A stretch of 51,768 nucleotides of DNA from Candidatus Woesearchaeota archaeon (lineage in GTDB: Archaea > Nanobdellota > Nanobdellia > Woesearchaeales > SKGA01). The stretch covers positions 1 to 51,768 of the forward strand of contig JBKHAG010000004.1 of assembly GCA_046543005.1 (NCBI GenBank), given 5' to 3'. Position numbers and translations under genes: made by a program. The notes under the pieces are model-generated. The model made no database searches. It was not told where the DNA came from and saw only the letters and a program-made list of their open reading frames with translations. Below, in pieces: positions 9,229-18,178 of the stretch (the stretch's first letter is position 1; the number at the start of each line of letters is the position of its first letter).

Positions 9229-10746
9229 TTACTTTTTTTTCTTGGTTTCTTTACTTTCAACAACAGGTTTCATCGTTGGAAAAAAGAGAACGTCTCGAAT
9301 ACTTTCTTGTCCTAAAAGAAGCATAATCATCCTATCAATTCCGATACCAATTCCTCCAGCAGGAGGCATTCCTGTTTCAATCGCATCAAGGAATTCTTCA
9401 TCTAAAGGATTTGCTTCAGCATCACCTGCAGAAAGTTGACGCTGTTGGTTTTCTAAAAGTTCTCTTTGAAGCACAGGATCATTTAATTCAGAGTATGCAT
9501 TTCCAAGCTCCATGCCTAAACAAAAGGGTTCAAATCGTTCAATAAGACGTTCATCCCCATATCGAAGTCCTTTACATAGAGGAGTTGATTCTTTTGGATG
9601 ATCAATTACAAAAGTTGGATTTACAAATTTATCTTCACAAAAATGTTCAAAAAGTGCACTGACTAAATTACCCCAATTTCGTTCTTTGTCAAAATCAATT
9701 AGATGTTTATCAATTTCGTCTTGAAGCTCATCAACAGACATGTTTTTTGCATCAATATTTGCGTATTCTTTTAATGCATCAAGCATAGTAATTCGTTTCC
9801 AAGGTTTTGCAACATCAATTTCTTGACCTTTGAAAGTTACTTTTGTTGTTCCTAAAACTTTTTTTGCAACAAAATCATACATGCTTTCCATTAAATCCAT
9901 CATGTCGTTGTAATCTGCATACGCTTGATATGCTTCAAGCATAGTAAATTCAGGATTATGAGTGGTATCAATACCTTCATTTCGAAAATTTTTATTCATA
10001 TCAAAGACTTTATCAAAACCACCAACGAGCAATCGTTTTAAGTAAAGTTCTGGACTAATTCTAAGATACATATTCATATCAAGCTCATTATGGTGTGTTT
10101 TAAAAGGACGAGCTGCCGCGCCACCATATTGGTTTTGTAAAAGAGGAGTTTCTACTTCTAAAAATCCTTGAGCGGCCATAAATTCTCTTATTGCCTGCAT
10201 AATTTCAAGTCGTTGCTCAAAAACCTTTTTACTTTGCGAATTCATAATTAAATCTAAATGACGTTTTCGATATTTTGTTTCCGTATCTTGCAAACCATGA
10301 AATTTTTCAGGAAGTGGTTTAATAGCTTTACACAATAGTTCAAAAGAAGAAGCATATATAGTAATTTCACCAGTTTTTGTAGCAAAAATTTCTCCTTTAA
10401 CTCCTAAAAAATCACCCAAATCAAGTTTTTTAATAAGTTTATAGGTTTCTTTTCCAACATCATCACTTCGTAAATAAATTTGAATATCTCCTTTACTATC
10501 TCGAAGAGTAAGAAAAGTAGCCTTTCCCATTTTTCGAAGAAGAACAATTCGTCCAGCAACACGTTCAACACATCCAGATTTTTCTTCGGGAGCAAGAAAT
10601 GCGTGTTTTTCTTTAATTTCTGCTGACTTCTTAGTAACACTGTAATTATAAGGATAGGGATTAACGCCCCGTTCTCTAATTTCAGAGAGTTTTCTGAGTC
10701 GTTCTTGCACTAAATGGTGCGTTGAAGCTTGATTTTTGTTTTCCAT
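9229..10746 (-). CDS. lysS: Lysine--tRNA ligase, class II
   Basis: OB-fold N-terminus, GGAAARPF, YLRISPELYLKRL, FRNEGID, HNPEFT, GMPPAGGIGIGIDR. Confidence 0.97.
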   Translation of the reverse strand: MENKNQASTHHLVQERLRKLSEIRERGVNPYPYNYSVTKKSAEIKEKHAFLAPEEKSGCVERVAGRIVLLRKMGKATFLTLRDSKGDIQIYLRSDDVGKETYKLIKKLDLGDFLGVKGEIFATKTGEITIYASSFELLCKAIKPLPEKFHGLQDTETKYRKRHLDLIMNSQSKKVFEQRLEIMQAIREFMAAQGFLEVETPLLQNQYGGAAARPFKTHHNELDMNMYLRISPELYLKRLLVGGFDKVFDMNKNFRNEGIDTTHNPEFTMLEAYQAYADYNDMMDLMESMYDFVAKKVLGTTKVTFKGQEIDVAKPWKRITMLDALKEYANIDAKNMSVDELQDEIDKHLIDFDKERNWGNLVSALFEHFCEDKFVNPTFVIDHPKESTPLCKGLRYGDERLIERFEPFCLGMELGNAYSELNDPVLQRELLENQQRQLSAGDAEANPLDEEFLDAIETGMPPAGGIGIGIDRMIMLLLGQESIRDVLFFPTMKPVVESKETKKKK

Positions 10747-10815
10747 AACAAGAAACGAAAGAACAGATATTTATAAAAGTGGCGGAAAAAAAGGAAAAAG
10801 GAAAATAAAATTAAT

Positions 10816-11175
10816 TTATATAAAATCTTTAAACAACAAGAAAGTGTGTGCTTGATCTTTAGAAGCATTTTCATGAAGAATAATTAGCTGACGAGAATTT
10901 TCAATGGTTTGCCAATGATTAGATTCTTCTTTTAATGATAAATCATCAAGACGAGTTAATCGTTGAGGTAATAAATTAATAACCCCTGTTTTTTGAGTTA
11001 ATGAAGCTTGATAAGCCCCTTTTCCTTTAAAGGAATAAGCATCAGTTATTAAGTCTAAAGCATGCTGCATATAAAGTTGTTGTTTAGGTGAAAGGTCTTG
11101 CTCTATACAAATTTCTAATGAATTTGAAAGTTTATATTTATTTTTTTGATTAGTTGTGTAATGATTTAAAGCCAT
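10816..11175 (-). CDS. Hypothetical protein
   Basis: 119-aa ORF with GAGGGT RBS-like sequence. Confidence 0.55.
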   Translation of the reverse strand: MALNHYTTNQKNKYKLSNSLEICIEQDLSPKQQLYMQHALDLITDAYSFKGKGAYQASLTQKTGVINLLPQRLTRLDDLSLKEESNHWQTIENSRQLIILHENASKDQAHTFLLFKDFI

Positions 11176-11228
11176 TAATATCTACCCTCATTTTATAATA
11201 AAATAAAAAAGAAAAAAGTATATCGAGT

Positions 11229-11684
11229 CTATTCGATATACATTTTAACTTGTTTTGGATTGTAATTCCAATCTTTAGAAACTCGTCCTGTTTTTTTGTA
11301 GTAACGAACTAAAGCTAAAATTTTAGATTCAGTAAGCGTCAAACCACGTCGTGCGGGCTGATCCATACGATTAGTTTGAAGATGTTGTTGAATTGCTAAT
11401 ACTTTTTTTAATAAATTCATCAAATCATCTGGAAGTTTTTTAGAAAGTTTTTTTTCTTCAAGAATTTGAGAAATAGATTTTTTAGTAAGTGTTTTTACGC
11501 TAGGAATTCCGTATTCATCTCGTAAAAGTATTCCAATTTGACTTGCAGTTTTACCTTCTTTAGCATATTTAGCAACTAAAAGTTCAATTTCGTTTGCAGA
11601 GTATTTGACCCATGTTGGAACTTCTTTTTTTGCTGGTTTTGTACTACCAGATTTTCCTTTGTTTCGACTATACATTCGTGCCAT
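11229..11684 (-). CDS. rps15: 30S ribosomal protein uS15
   Basis: MARMYSRNKGKSGS, IGILLRDEYGIP, LTESKI..LVRYYK. Confidence 0.97.
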   Translation of the reverse strand: MARMYSRNKGKSGSTKPAKKEVPTWVKYSANEIELLVAKYAKEGKTASQIGILLRDEYGIPSVKTLTKKSISQILEEKKLSKKLPDDLMNLLKKVLAIQQHLQTNRMDQPARRGLTLTESKILALVRYYKKTGRVSKDWNYNPKQVKMYIE

Positions 11685-11795
11685 TTTTTTATACCTCGTA
11701 TCACCCAGTCATTCTCAAGCAAAGATATTACCGAGTGATCAATGTGTGTGTAATCAACGCTTATGTTAAAGCAATTAAAATTACAACAGTATTAC

Positions 11796-11960
11796 TTATT
11801 TACGTTCAGAATAAGCACATTTCCCACAACTTCGTCGATCTTTATGTTCTGCAAGAAAAACTCCCGCACCACATTTAGGACAAGTTTTGTTTTTTTTGGA
11901 AAGTTTATCTCCTGAAACTTCATATACTGATGAAATTGATTGTGATTTTTTTTCTGCCAT
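11796..11960 (-). CDS. rps27ae: 30S ribosomal protein eS31 (S27ae)
   Basis: CPKCGAGVFLAEHKDRRSCGKC zinc finger; start at MAEKK. Confidence 0.95.
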   Translation of the reverse strand: MAEKKSQSISSVYEVSGDKLSKKNKTCPKCGAGVFLAEHKDRRSCGKCAYSERK

Positions 11961-11970
11961 TTTTTTACCT

Positions 11971-12276
11971 TTACTCTTCTTTTTCTTCTTTTGGTTCGTG
12001 ACCAGCGTGTTTTTCAACTAAATTTTTTCGCTCAAGCGTGTTCATTGCTTCTTCATTTTCATAAATATGAGCTTTAACGTAAGCTTTAGCGTCACCAAAA
12101 TTGGTATTAATTTGTGTTATAAGAACTAAAGTTTCTTTTGACTTTGTTTGTTTTGAGAGTTCTGATTGCACTTCTTTTCGAGAAGGTGTTGTATTCCCTT
12201 CAAAAAGAATTGTTGCAGTTACTTCTTTTCGAGAAAGTAAAGCATTTTCTTTTGTTTCATTAATTGTGAGATTCAT
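11971..12276 (-). CDS. rps24e: 30S ribosomal protein eS24
   Basis: NALLSRKEV, TPSRKEV, AHIYEN; between spt4 and rps27ae. Confidence 0.92.
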   Translation of the reverse strand: MNLTINETKENALLSRKEVTATILFEGNTTPSRKEVQSELSKQTKSKETLVLITQINTNFGDAKAYVKAHIYENEEAMNTLERKNLVEKHAGHEPKEEKEE

Positions 12277-12287
12277 GAGTAGCACCT

Positions 12288-12476
12288 TTATTTTACTTTG
12301 ATTGCAAATTCTCCATTATGCTCTATATCAGATTTTTTTGCAATTTCACTTCTTTTGGCATCTAAAATAATCATTCGACCGGTAAAATTAGTCGAAAATG
12401 AAGATTTCTTACAAATTGGACAAAGATCTTCTTGAACTACAAGTTTGCATGTCCGACATACTTTTTCTTTTGCCAT
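12288..12476 (-). CDS. spt4: Transcription elongation factor Spt4 (RpoE2)
   Basis: CRTC...CPIC, SEIAK, GEFAIKV. Confidence 0.93.
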   Translation of the reverse strand: MAKEKVCRTCKLVVQEDLCPICKKSSFSTNFTGRMIILDAKRSEIAKKSDIEHNGEFAIKVK

Positions 12477-12605
12477 TTTTTATACCTTTTTGAGACTTAA
12501 AATGCACCGAAAAGAAATAAATTATTTCTTTTTTGCAATTTTACTTGCTCTAATAAATTATTACATGTTTAAAAAAATAACTAATAAAGCAAAAATATCA
12601 ACTAC

Positions 12606-12860
12606 TTAGTTAATAGATACTGATTGTCCGATTGCTTGACCAGGCATTCCTGTTTCAAACAATACTCGAATTGCGCCACTATTACCATGAGCACTTCGGA
12701 TTTCTCCAACCATATCTTTTTTGCCAGTATTGTAAGTTACTTTTTTTCCAACAAGCTTTGCAGCGTCTTCTCGGCTGGATACACTTGCTACTGCCACAAT
12801 CATTTGATTGGTCACTTGCGTGTGTTTTCCGCCTTTATAGTTTACAATAATACCGTTCAT
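12606..12860 (-). CDS. rpl35ae: 50S ribosomal protein eL33 (L35Ae)
   Basis: NYKGGKHTQ, HGNSGAIRVLF, PGQAIG. Confidence 0.93.
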   Translation of the reverse strand: MNGIIVNYKGGKHTQVTNQMIVAVASVSSREDAAKLVGKKVTYNTGKKDMVGEIRSAHGNSGAIRVLFETGMPGQAIGQSVSIN

Positions 12861-12934
12861 AGTTCTATGCAGAAACAAGAGACCGTTTATAAACTTAACT
12901 CTTTGAAGAATAAAAAAGAAATAAAGATAAAATA

Positions 12935-13112
12935 GGCCTTGTTCAAAAAGGAGTCTTTATGTATGCTACCTTGCAGAGAATTTTTTTGAAAGTAAATAAG
13001 AAGAACTGTCAAGTTCGCACGTATAATCATTGATTCAAAAATACTGTTTATACGTCCCAAGGCGATAACAATAACGCGCAGTATACAGATTTACAGTATT
13101 TTAAACAAGGCC
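12935..13112. mobile_element. MITE copy A (IS1595-like, non-autonomous)
   Basis: TIR GGCCTTGTTcAAAA / TTTTaAACAAGGCC (13/14); flanks ATAAAATA / ATAAAAATA; interior shared with other copies. Confidence 0.8.
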
Positions 13113-13258
13113 ATAAAAATAGGAATAATAAAAATACTAAAAAGTATGAGAATAAACTACGATAAAACAGGCCATAGTTTAAAATAATAATTAAAGTAAA
13201 GTAAACTAACAATAGAATCTGAAAAAAATAATCTAAAAAAACAATAAAATAAAAAAAA

Positions 13259-13408
13259 TTAAGCCGCAGGACAAAATATTCCTGAACCCATTGGTAAAAT
13301 ACCTTTAGCCATTAAAAATGCAAGCACTAAACCCAGTATTAATCCGATAATGAGACCTTTCATTAAATCAGCCCAACTCATAATCATTCCTTTTTTTGAA
13401 AACAACAT
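13259..13408 (-). CDS. 49-aa membrane protein with class III (pilin-type) signal-like N-terminus
   Basis: Not in the ORF track. MLFSKKG-MIMSWADLMKGLIIGLILGLVLAFLMAKGILPMGSGIFCPAA; GTGAGGT RBS and TTTATAAA at about 13442. Confidence 0.7.
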   Translation of the reverse strand: MLFSKKGMIMSWADLMKGLIIGLILGLVLAFLMAKGILPMGSGIFCPAA

Positions 13409-13491
13409 AATAATAACCTCACTTTATTTGTACTTTTTGTATTTATAAAGTTTTGCTCAAAAACCCTTTAATAATACAATACACTCCCCAG

Positions 13492-14313
13492 CTATTTTAA
13501 TTTTGCAGGTTCGTGTGAAATTAAAAATTTCATTTTTTTAACAAACTCATGAGCTTCGTTAAGCAAGACATCAACTTCTTTGCCAGAAATTTTGGCAAGC
13601 TGATGATGACCAACGTCTTTTGCTAGTTTATAGAGCTTAGTTAATGTAGATACATATTCTTTTTGCAAAAGACGTTTTCTTACAAAATGTTTTTCTAACA
13701 ATTCAGCAACATGGTGCGGTGCTCCAGGAACAACATCAATGTGCATAAGCGCTGAATGTGCAGCGTCAATAACTGCCCAATAACAATCCACAACTATCGA
13801 TAAGTATTTTGATTCAGCAGAATATAATGTTTTAGGTGCTCGTTGATAATATGCCCATACAGCTTCTTTTGTTGGACGAATTTTTCCATCTGTAAGTAAT
13901 GTCTGCATAGGTGAAAAAAAACCTTCATCATATACAGGATAGCCTTCTCGTAAAATATTTACAACAATAGGATCGCCGCTTCGCACATAGCTCCAGTAAT
14001 CACTAATATTCATTGTAGTAATGTGAAAATTATTGGAAACAGTCGCTGCTGTTGTTTCAATAATAACTCTCAAACTAGTCATCACTTCTTTGGAAAGGAC
14101 TATAGAAATGTCGTCAAGAATAAGCAACACATCAAGATCAGATTCTGGTTTTTTTGTTCCTCGCGCAGCGCTTCCAAAAAGTACCACACCTTTGAGTAAA
14201 TCGTGCAGCTCTTTTTTGAGCTTGTTTGCAAACTGTTTTGTAATTTGGATGTCGGACTCGTCGTGATGATACTCGACCGGTCGCTTTTTGTATTGAAAAG
14301 AAATATCTACCAT
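13492..14313 (-). CDS. Minimal nucleotidyltransferase (MNT) fused to HEPN-like domain
   Basis: LFGSAARG...ESDLDVL Pol-beta motif; helical C-terminal half (YWAVIDAAHSALM...HH...AKDVGH). Confidence 0.8.
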   Translation of the reverse strand: MVDISFQYKKRPVEYHHDESDIQITKQFANKLKKELHDLLKGVVLFGSAARGTKKPESDLDVLLILDDISIVLSKEVMTSLRVIIETTAATVSNNFHITTMNISDYWSYVRSGDPIVVNILREGYPVYDEGFFSPMQTLLTDGKIRPTKEAVWAYYQRAPKTLYSAESKYLSIVVDCYWAVIDAAHSALMHIDVVPGAPHHVAELLEKHFVRKRLLQKEYVSTLTKLYKLAKDVGHHQLAKISGKEVDVLLNEAHEFVKKMKFLISHEPAKLK

Positions 14314-14358
14314 TCTCTCACCCTTTTGACATATTTTAACGAGTTATCGTTTATAAAG

Positions 14359-16410
14359 TTATTCCAAAGGAGTCTCACTCCAGAGTTTCCAATCATTACT
14401 AGGATTATAGGCGCCAGCAATGTAATTTGGAGGGGCTCGATATCCTGCAGCGCCGCCATTTCCAGAATAAATGTTTCCAAATGAATTCCCTCCTTGCATG
14501 CCACCACCAAAATGCCCTGCAGCGCCAGTGCTTGCACCAAACGCATTCCATAAAGAATATTGAATCCGCCCAGGCTCTAAATTGTCTTCTTCGTGACCTT
14601 CAGAGACTATTTCTCCTTCAAAACCTTTTTCTCTAAGGCGTTTTAATGCGTCAACAACAGGAAATATTCCTTGATCAACCGGCAGGTGTCTGTGATCTCC
14701 TGTTGCAGAGTTTACGGCTTGCACTGCAGCAACGGTTCCTGATTCTGCAAGTTTATCCATTTGTTCAAGATACCATTTATTAAAACGATTAAGACGTTGT
14801 TCTTCTGTTTCATGAGGATTGTTTTTATCTTTTGGAAAATGATTATACCACATAGAAAGGTGCGAGGTGTCTAGCATTCCACCGATATGTTTTTTTGCCA
14901 AGTCTTTCATTTGTTTATCAGTATATTTAGAACGGTAATGAGGATCATTCTTCATTTTGTTAACCATTTCGTCTCGAGATTTTTGCACGATTTCAATAAA
15001 TTCGTCCGTGTGACCGCCATAACCTTGAGGCCAACCAATTTCTGGACCTACATGTATGGGTTTGGTGACGTGGTGTTGTTGTGTTTGTTCAAGAGCGTAA
15101 ATTCCTAAATCTGCGTATGAATCAAATGTTTTTTCTTTTCCATACTTATCAATAGTTGTAATATTATCAATATTTTCTAACATTGAAGCTGCTTGAGAAT
15201 CTGCTCGCGAAGAAATTTCTCGAGAATATTTAAGACTGTGTTTCATTTGATCAATTTGTTCAGACAATTGCTCGCTTTTTTTTTGATATCCACCAGAAAC
15301 ACTCTGTTTTGGAACCATTAAGCCCATTGACAAAAGTTCTTCTTCGGATTTTCCTTCTTCTATTTTTTTGAGTTCATCTTGTTGTTTAAGTGCTTCTTTG
15401 AGTTCAGTAGATTGTCGTTCATACTGTTGAGAAAATTGCATGGATTGTGCACGTTGCGATGCATATTGTTCTTCGAGTTGCACTCGATAAAACCATTCTT
15501 GAGGGGTTAAATAATCTTCTTTAGATCTAAATTCTTCTTGGTTTCGTTTTTGCGCGTAGTCTTTAAACTGCGTCCAAGACATTGTTTTAGTCTTAAAACT
15601 ACTTGTTTTGGGATCCCATTTAGGGACTCGCTCCATTAAAAAATGAGAGTCTTTTGCATCAGGAGTTAATTTATTTCCTTCAGCATCAATATAATCACCT
15701 GTTTCAACCAGTACACCATTACGATCAACGTAGTTTGAATCTGCTTTTTCCCATTCAGGAACTGCGATTTGAGGTACTTGCTGAGCAGCGAATTGTTGTA
15801 CTTTACCTGTTCGTTTATCCACTAAAGACATTACCGAATCTCTATCTTCTTGGAAACCTTCAAAATCAACAAATGTTCCCTTATCACTAAAATTTGCATC
15901 GTGAATACTTCGCGTGTACTCTTGACTCCATATATCAATACCGCCACCCGTACCTATTTCAGCAGCGAATTGTATAGCGTCTTTGACATGTCGAAGATCA
16001 GAATTTCTTTTTTGCTCGTTAAAACCGCCTTGTCGAGGATCAAACCCTGAAACATTACTCATACTATTTGTTGGCATTTCAAGACCTTGCCAGTCAACAC
16101 CAGAAACTTGAATTACTTCTTTGAGGGCTTGGCGCATATCTTTTCCCCAACTAGAAACACCACCACCCATTGCTTGATCAACAGGTGTTTGAAGCGCTAA
16201 CTGGACTTTTCCACTTCCTTGACGAATAGATGCAAGTAAACTGTTAAGGATATTACCTTGACCACTAGGGCCTTTTTCCCCAAAAGTTACTCCTAATTCG
16301 CTAATAGGAACGATAGGTTCAGAATCTGTGGGTTCTGCACCCTTTACAAAACGATTGACTTCTCCAGGACCAAGAAATTTATCCAATTGTTCAAAATAAT
16401 TATCTGCCAT
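14359..16410 (-). CDS. Large xylose-isomerase/AP-endonuclease-2-like TIM-barrel protein with helical insertion
   Basis: DAIQFAAEIG, GPE, LDTSH, DHRHLP..GIFP, SEG motifs; about 300-aa Q/E/K-rich insert; Gly-rich tail ending WKLWSETPLE. Confidence 0.6.
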   Translation of the reverse strand: MADNYFEQLDKFLGPGEVNRFVKGAEPTDSEPIVPISELGVTFGEKGPSGQGNILNSLLASIRQGSGKVQLALQTPVDQAMGGGVSSWGKDMRQALKEVIQVSGVDWQGLEMPTNSMSNVSGFDPRQGGFNEQKRNSDLRHVKDAIQFAAEIGTGGGIDIWSQEYTRSIHDANFSDKGTFVDFEGFQEDRDSVMSLVDKRTGKVQQFAAQQVPQIAVPEWEKADSNYVDRNGVLVETGDYIDAEGNKLTPDAKDSHFLMERVPKWDPKTSSFKTKTMSWTQFKDYAQKRNQEEFRSKEDYLTPQEWFYRVQLEEQYASQRAQSMQFSQQYERQSTELKEALKQQDELKKIEEGKSEEELLSMGLMVPKQSVSGGYQKKSEQLSEQIDQMKHSLKYSREISSRADSQAASMLENIDNITTIDKYGKEKTFDSYADLGIYALEQTQQHHVTKPIHVGPEIGWPQGYGGHTDEFIEIVQKSRDEMVNKMKNDPHYRSKYTDKQMKDLAKKHIGGMLDTSHLSMWYNHFPKDKNNPHETEEQRLNRFNKWYLEQMDKLAESGTVAAVQAVNSATGDHRHLPVDQGIFPVVDALKRLREKGFEGEIVSEGHEEDNLEPGRIQYSLWNAFGASTGAAGHFGGGMQGGNSFGNIYSGNGGAAGYRAPPNYIAGAYNPSNDWKLWSETPLE

Positions 16411-16458
16411 AATTCGTTTTTACACCACGCAATACAACTATAACAGCTCAAACAAATA

Positions 16459-16625
16459 TGCCTTGACACAAACTCAGAAATTAGCGCGATTCACAGTGAA
16501 CAAACATTGGTTTGTTACTGTGTGCAAAAAACATTTCAGTTTTTAAGCACATGCAGCGCTCATTTCGCGAAATATCAAAAGGGAATCTTTGACAAACTGT
16601 CGCATGAAGTTTAGCGATAAACTAA
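16459..16625. repeat. Multi-hairpin palindromic element (family 2) in the leader of the TIM-barrel gene
   Basis: GAAATtAGCGC/GCGCTcATTTC outer stem enclosing CACAGTgAACAAAC-attg-GTTTGTTACTGTG and an AAAAAC/GTTTTT hairpin. Confidence 0.55.
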
Positions 16626-16913
16626 AATCAACCAACCTCATTACGTAGCGAGGACACCTCTACCACGACTTAAGAAGATGTTGTTTATAAATCTTGTGAG
16701 AAGAAAAAGAAAAACTATTCACCAAACACCACTCACCCAAACTCCACATACCGCATTCTGCTTACCCGACCGCCGCTACCGCTCACTGAAGCCTTGTTTC
16801 CCTGAGAAAAAAAGCGCCTTCACCCGGGAACAAAATTGGGGGGATTGTAAAAGGATGAAGGCAAGAAAAACGAAGTACCCTAAAGTCTTCGTTGAAAATA
16901 AAAGAAAAAAAGA

Positions 16914-17076
16914 ACTAAGTTTGTTGCGTACAGTTGTCACGTCCTGCCTGGCGTGAAATCCACGAAAATGCTTTTGCATGCCGAGTGTCGAAACAATTTT
17001 TGTTTCTCGTGACGCCCAAAAAACTTGAAAAGTTTTTTCTACGAATCAAAGCATTTTTTGACAAAAGTACAAGGCA
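16914..17076. repeat. Multi-hairpin palindromic element (family 2, inverted copy)
   Basis: AAAATGCTTT/AAAGCATTTT outer stem enclosing GAAACA/TGTTTC and AAAAAACTT/AAGTTTTTT hairpins; TGCCTTG and TGACAACTGT ends resemble the 16459 element. Confidence 0.5.
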
Positions 17077-17104
17077 ACAAAACCGCCGTTCTTATTATGT
17101 ATGC

Positions 17105-18178
17105 TTATCTTAAAACTTCAATTCCGAGTTCAGAAGAGAGTTCTTGTCGAGCTTGTGCTTGTTCCTTATGAGATTGTGGCCCCACAACCCAAGGAGATTT
17201 TACACCTGTAATGATAGTCATAACAGTTAATTTTCCTTTCATATCATCACTTACTCGAGCTCCCCAGATAACGTTTGAGGAATCATCCATGGATTCAGTT
17301 ACAAGTTCTCCGATTTTGTTAATTTCATCAAGAGTCATATCGTGTCCGCCATGAATTTGAATAATTGCACCTTGTGCCCCTTCATAACTTATATCTAAAA
17401 GAGGATTTGAGAGTGCTCCTTTTACAGCTTCTTCAACTCGATTGTTTGTATCAGATGATCCAACACCAATACTTGCAACTGCTCCATTTGTCATAACTGC
17501 TTTTACGTCTGCAAAGTCTAGGTTTACTAAACTTGGAACTGCGATTGTTTCAACGATTCCTTTAATCATTGTTGCAACTAATTCGTTTGCTACTGCAAAA
17601 GCTTGGTTAACCGGAAGGTTACCTGCAATTTGTACAAGTCGATTATTGTCAATTACAATAACTGTGTGTGTATTTTGTCGGAGTTGTTGTAGACCAAATT
17701 CTGCTTTGTCTACTCGTGCTCGTTCAATTTTAAATGGCATAGTTACGGTTCCAATTACAATTGCACCAGCTTCTTTTGCTACTTTTGCAATTACGCTTGC
17801 TGCTCCTGTACCGGTTCCTCCACCCATACCTGCTGTAATAAAGACCATGTCTGAACCTTTTACAGATTCTTTAATTTCAGAAATAGTTTCTTCAGCTGCT
17901 TCTTTACCCATTTGAGGGTATCCACCAGCGCCTAATCCTCGCGTGAGATCTTTTCCTAATAAGAATTTTTTATCAGCTTCAATCATTTTTAAGTGCTGTA
18001 AGTCAGTATTACATGCGATGATTTCTGCTCCTTCAATCCCTTTCTTATATAACCAGTTGGTCATATTTCCACCAGCGCCGCCCACGCCGATTACTTTAAT
18101 GTTAGCTTGTCCTACATCCATTTCGCCGAATTGTTGAGCTTCAGCGTTTTCTTGTGCTGCATTTACAATAAAATCCAT
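17105..18178 (-). CDS. ftsZ: Cell division protein FtsZ (FtsZ2-type)
   Basis: GVGGAGGN, GMGGGTGTG, NLDFAD, VIWGA; ERAR..KAE.GL and LGIEVLR tail resemble archaeal FtsZ2. Confidence 0.97.
   Translation of the reverse strand: MDFIVNAAQENAEAQQFGEMDVGQANIKVIGVGGAGGNMTNWLYKKGIEGAEIIACNTDLQHLKMIEADKKFLLGKDLTRGLGAGGYPQMGKEAAEETISEIKESVKGSDMVFITAGMGGGTGTGAASVIAKVAKEAGAIVIGTVTMPFKIERARVDKAEFGLQQLRQNTHTVIVIDNNRLVQIAGNLPVNQAFAVANELVATMIKGIVETIAVPSLVNLDFADVKAVMTNGAVASIGVGSSDTNNRVEEAVKGALSNPLLDISYEGAQGAIIQIHGGHDMTLDEINKIGELVTESMDDSSNVIWGARVSDDMKGKLTVMTIITGVKSPWVVGPQSHKEQAQARQELSSELGIEVLR

Noticed and set aside
16678-16979. ORFs 16678-16956 (+) and 16776-16979 (-)
   Set aside because: No RBS, atypical composition, overlap palindromic or GC-rich non-coding structure
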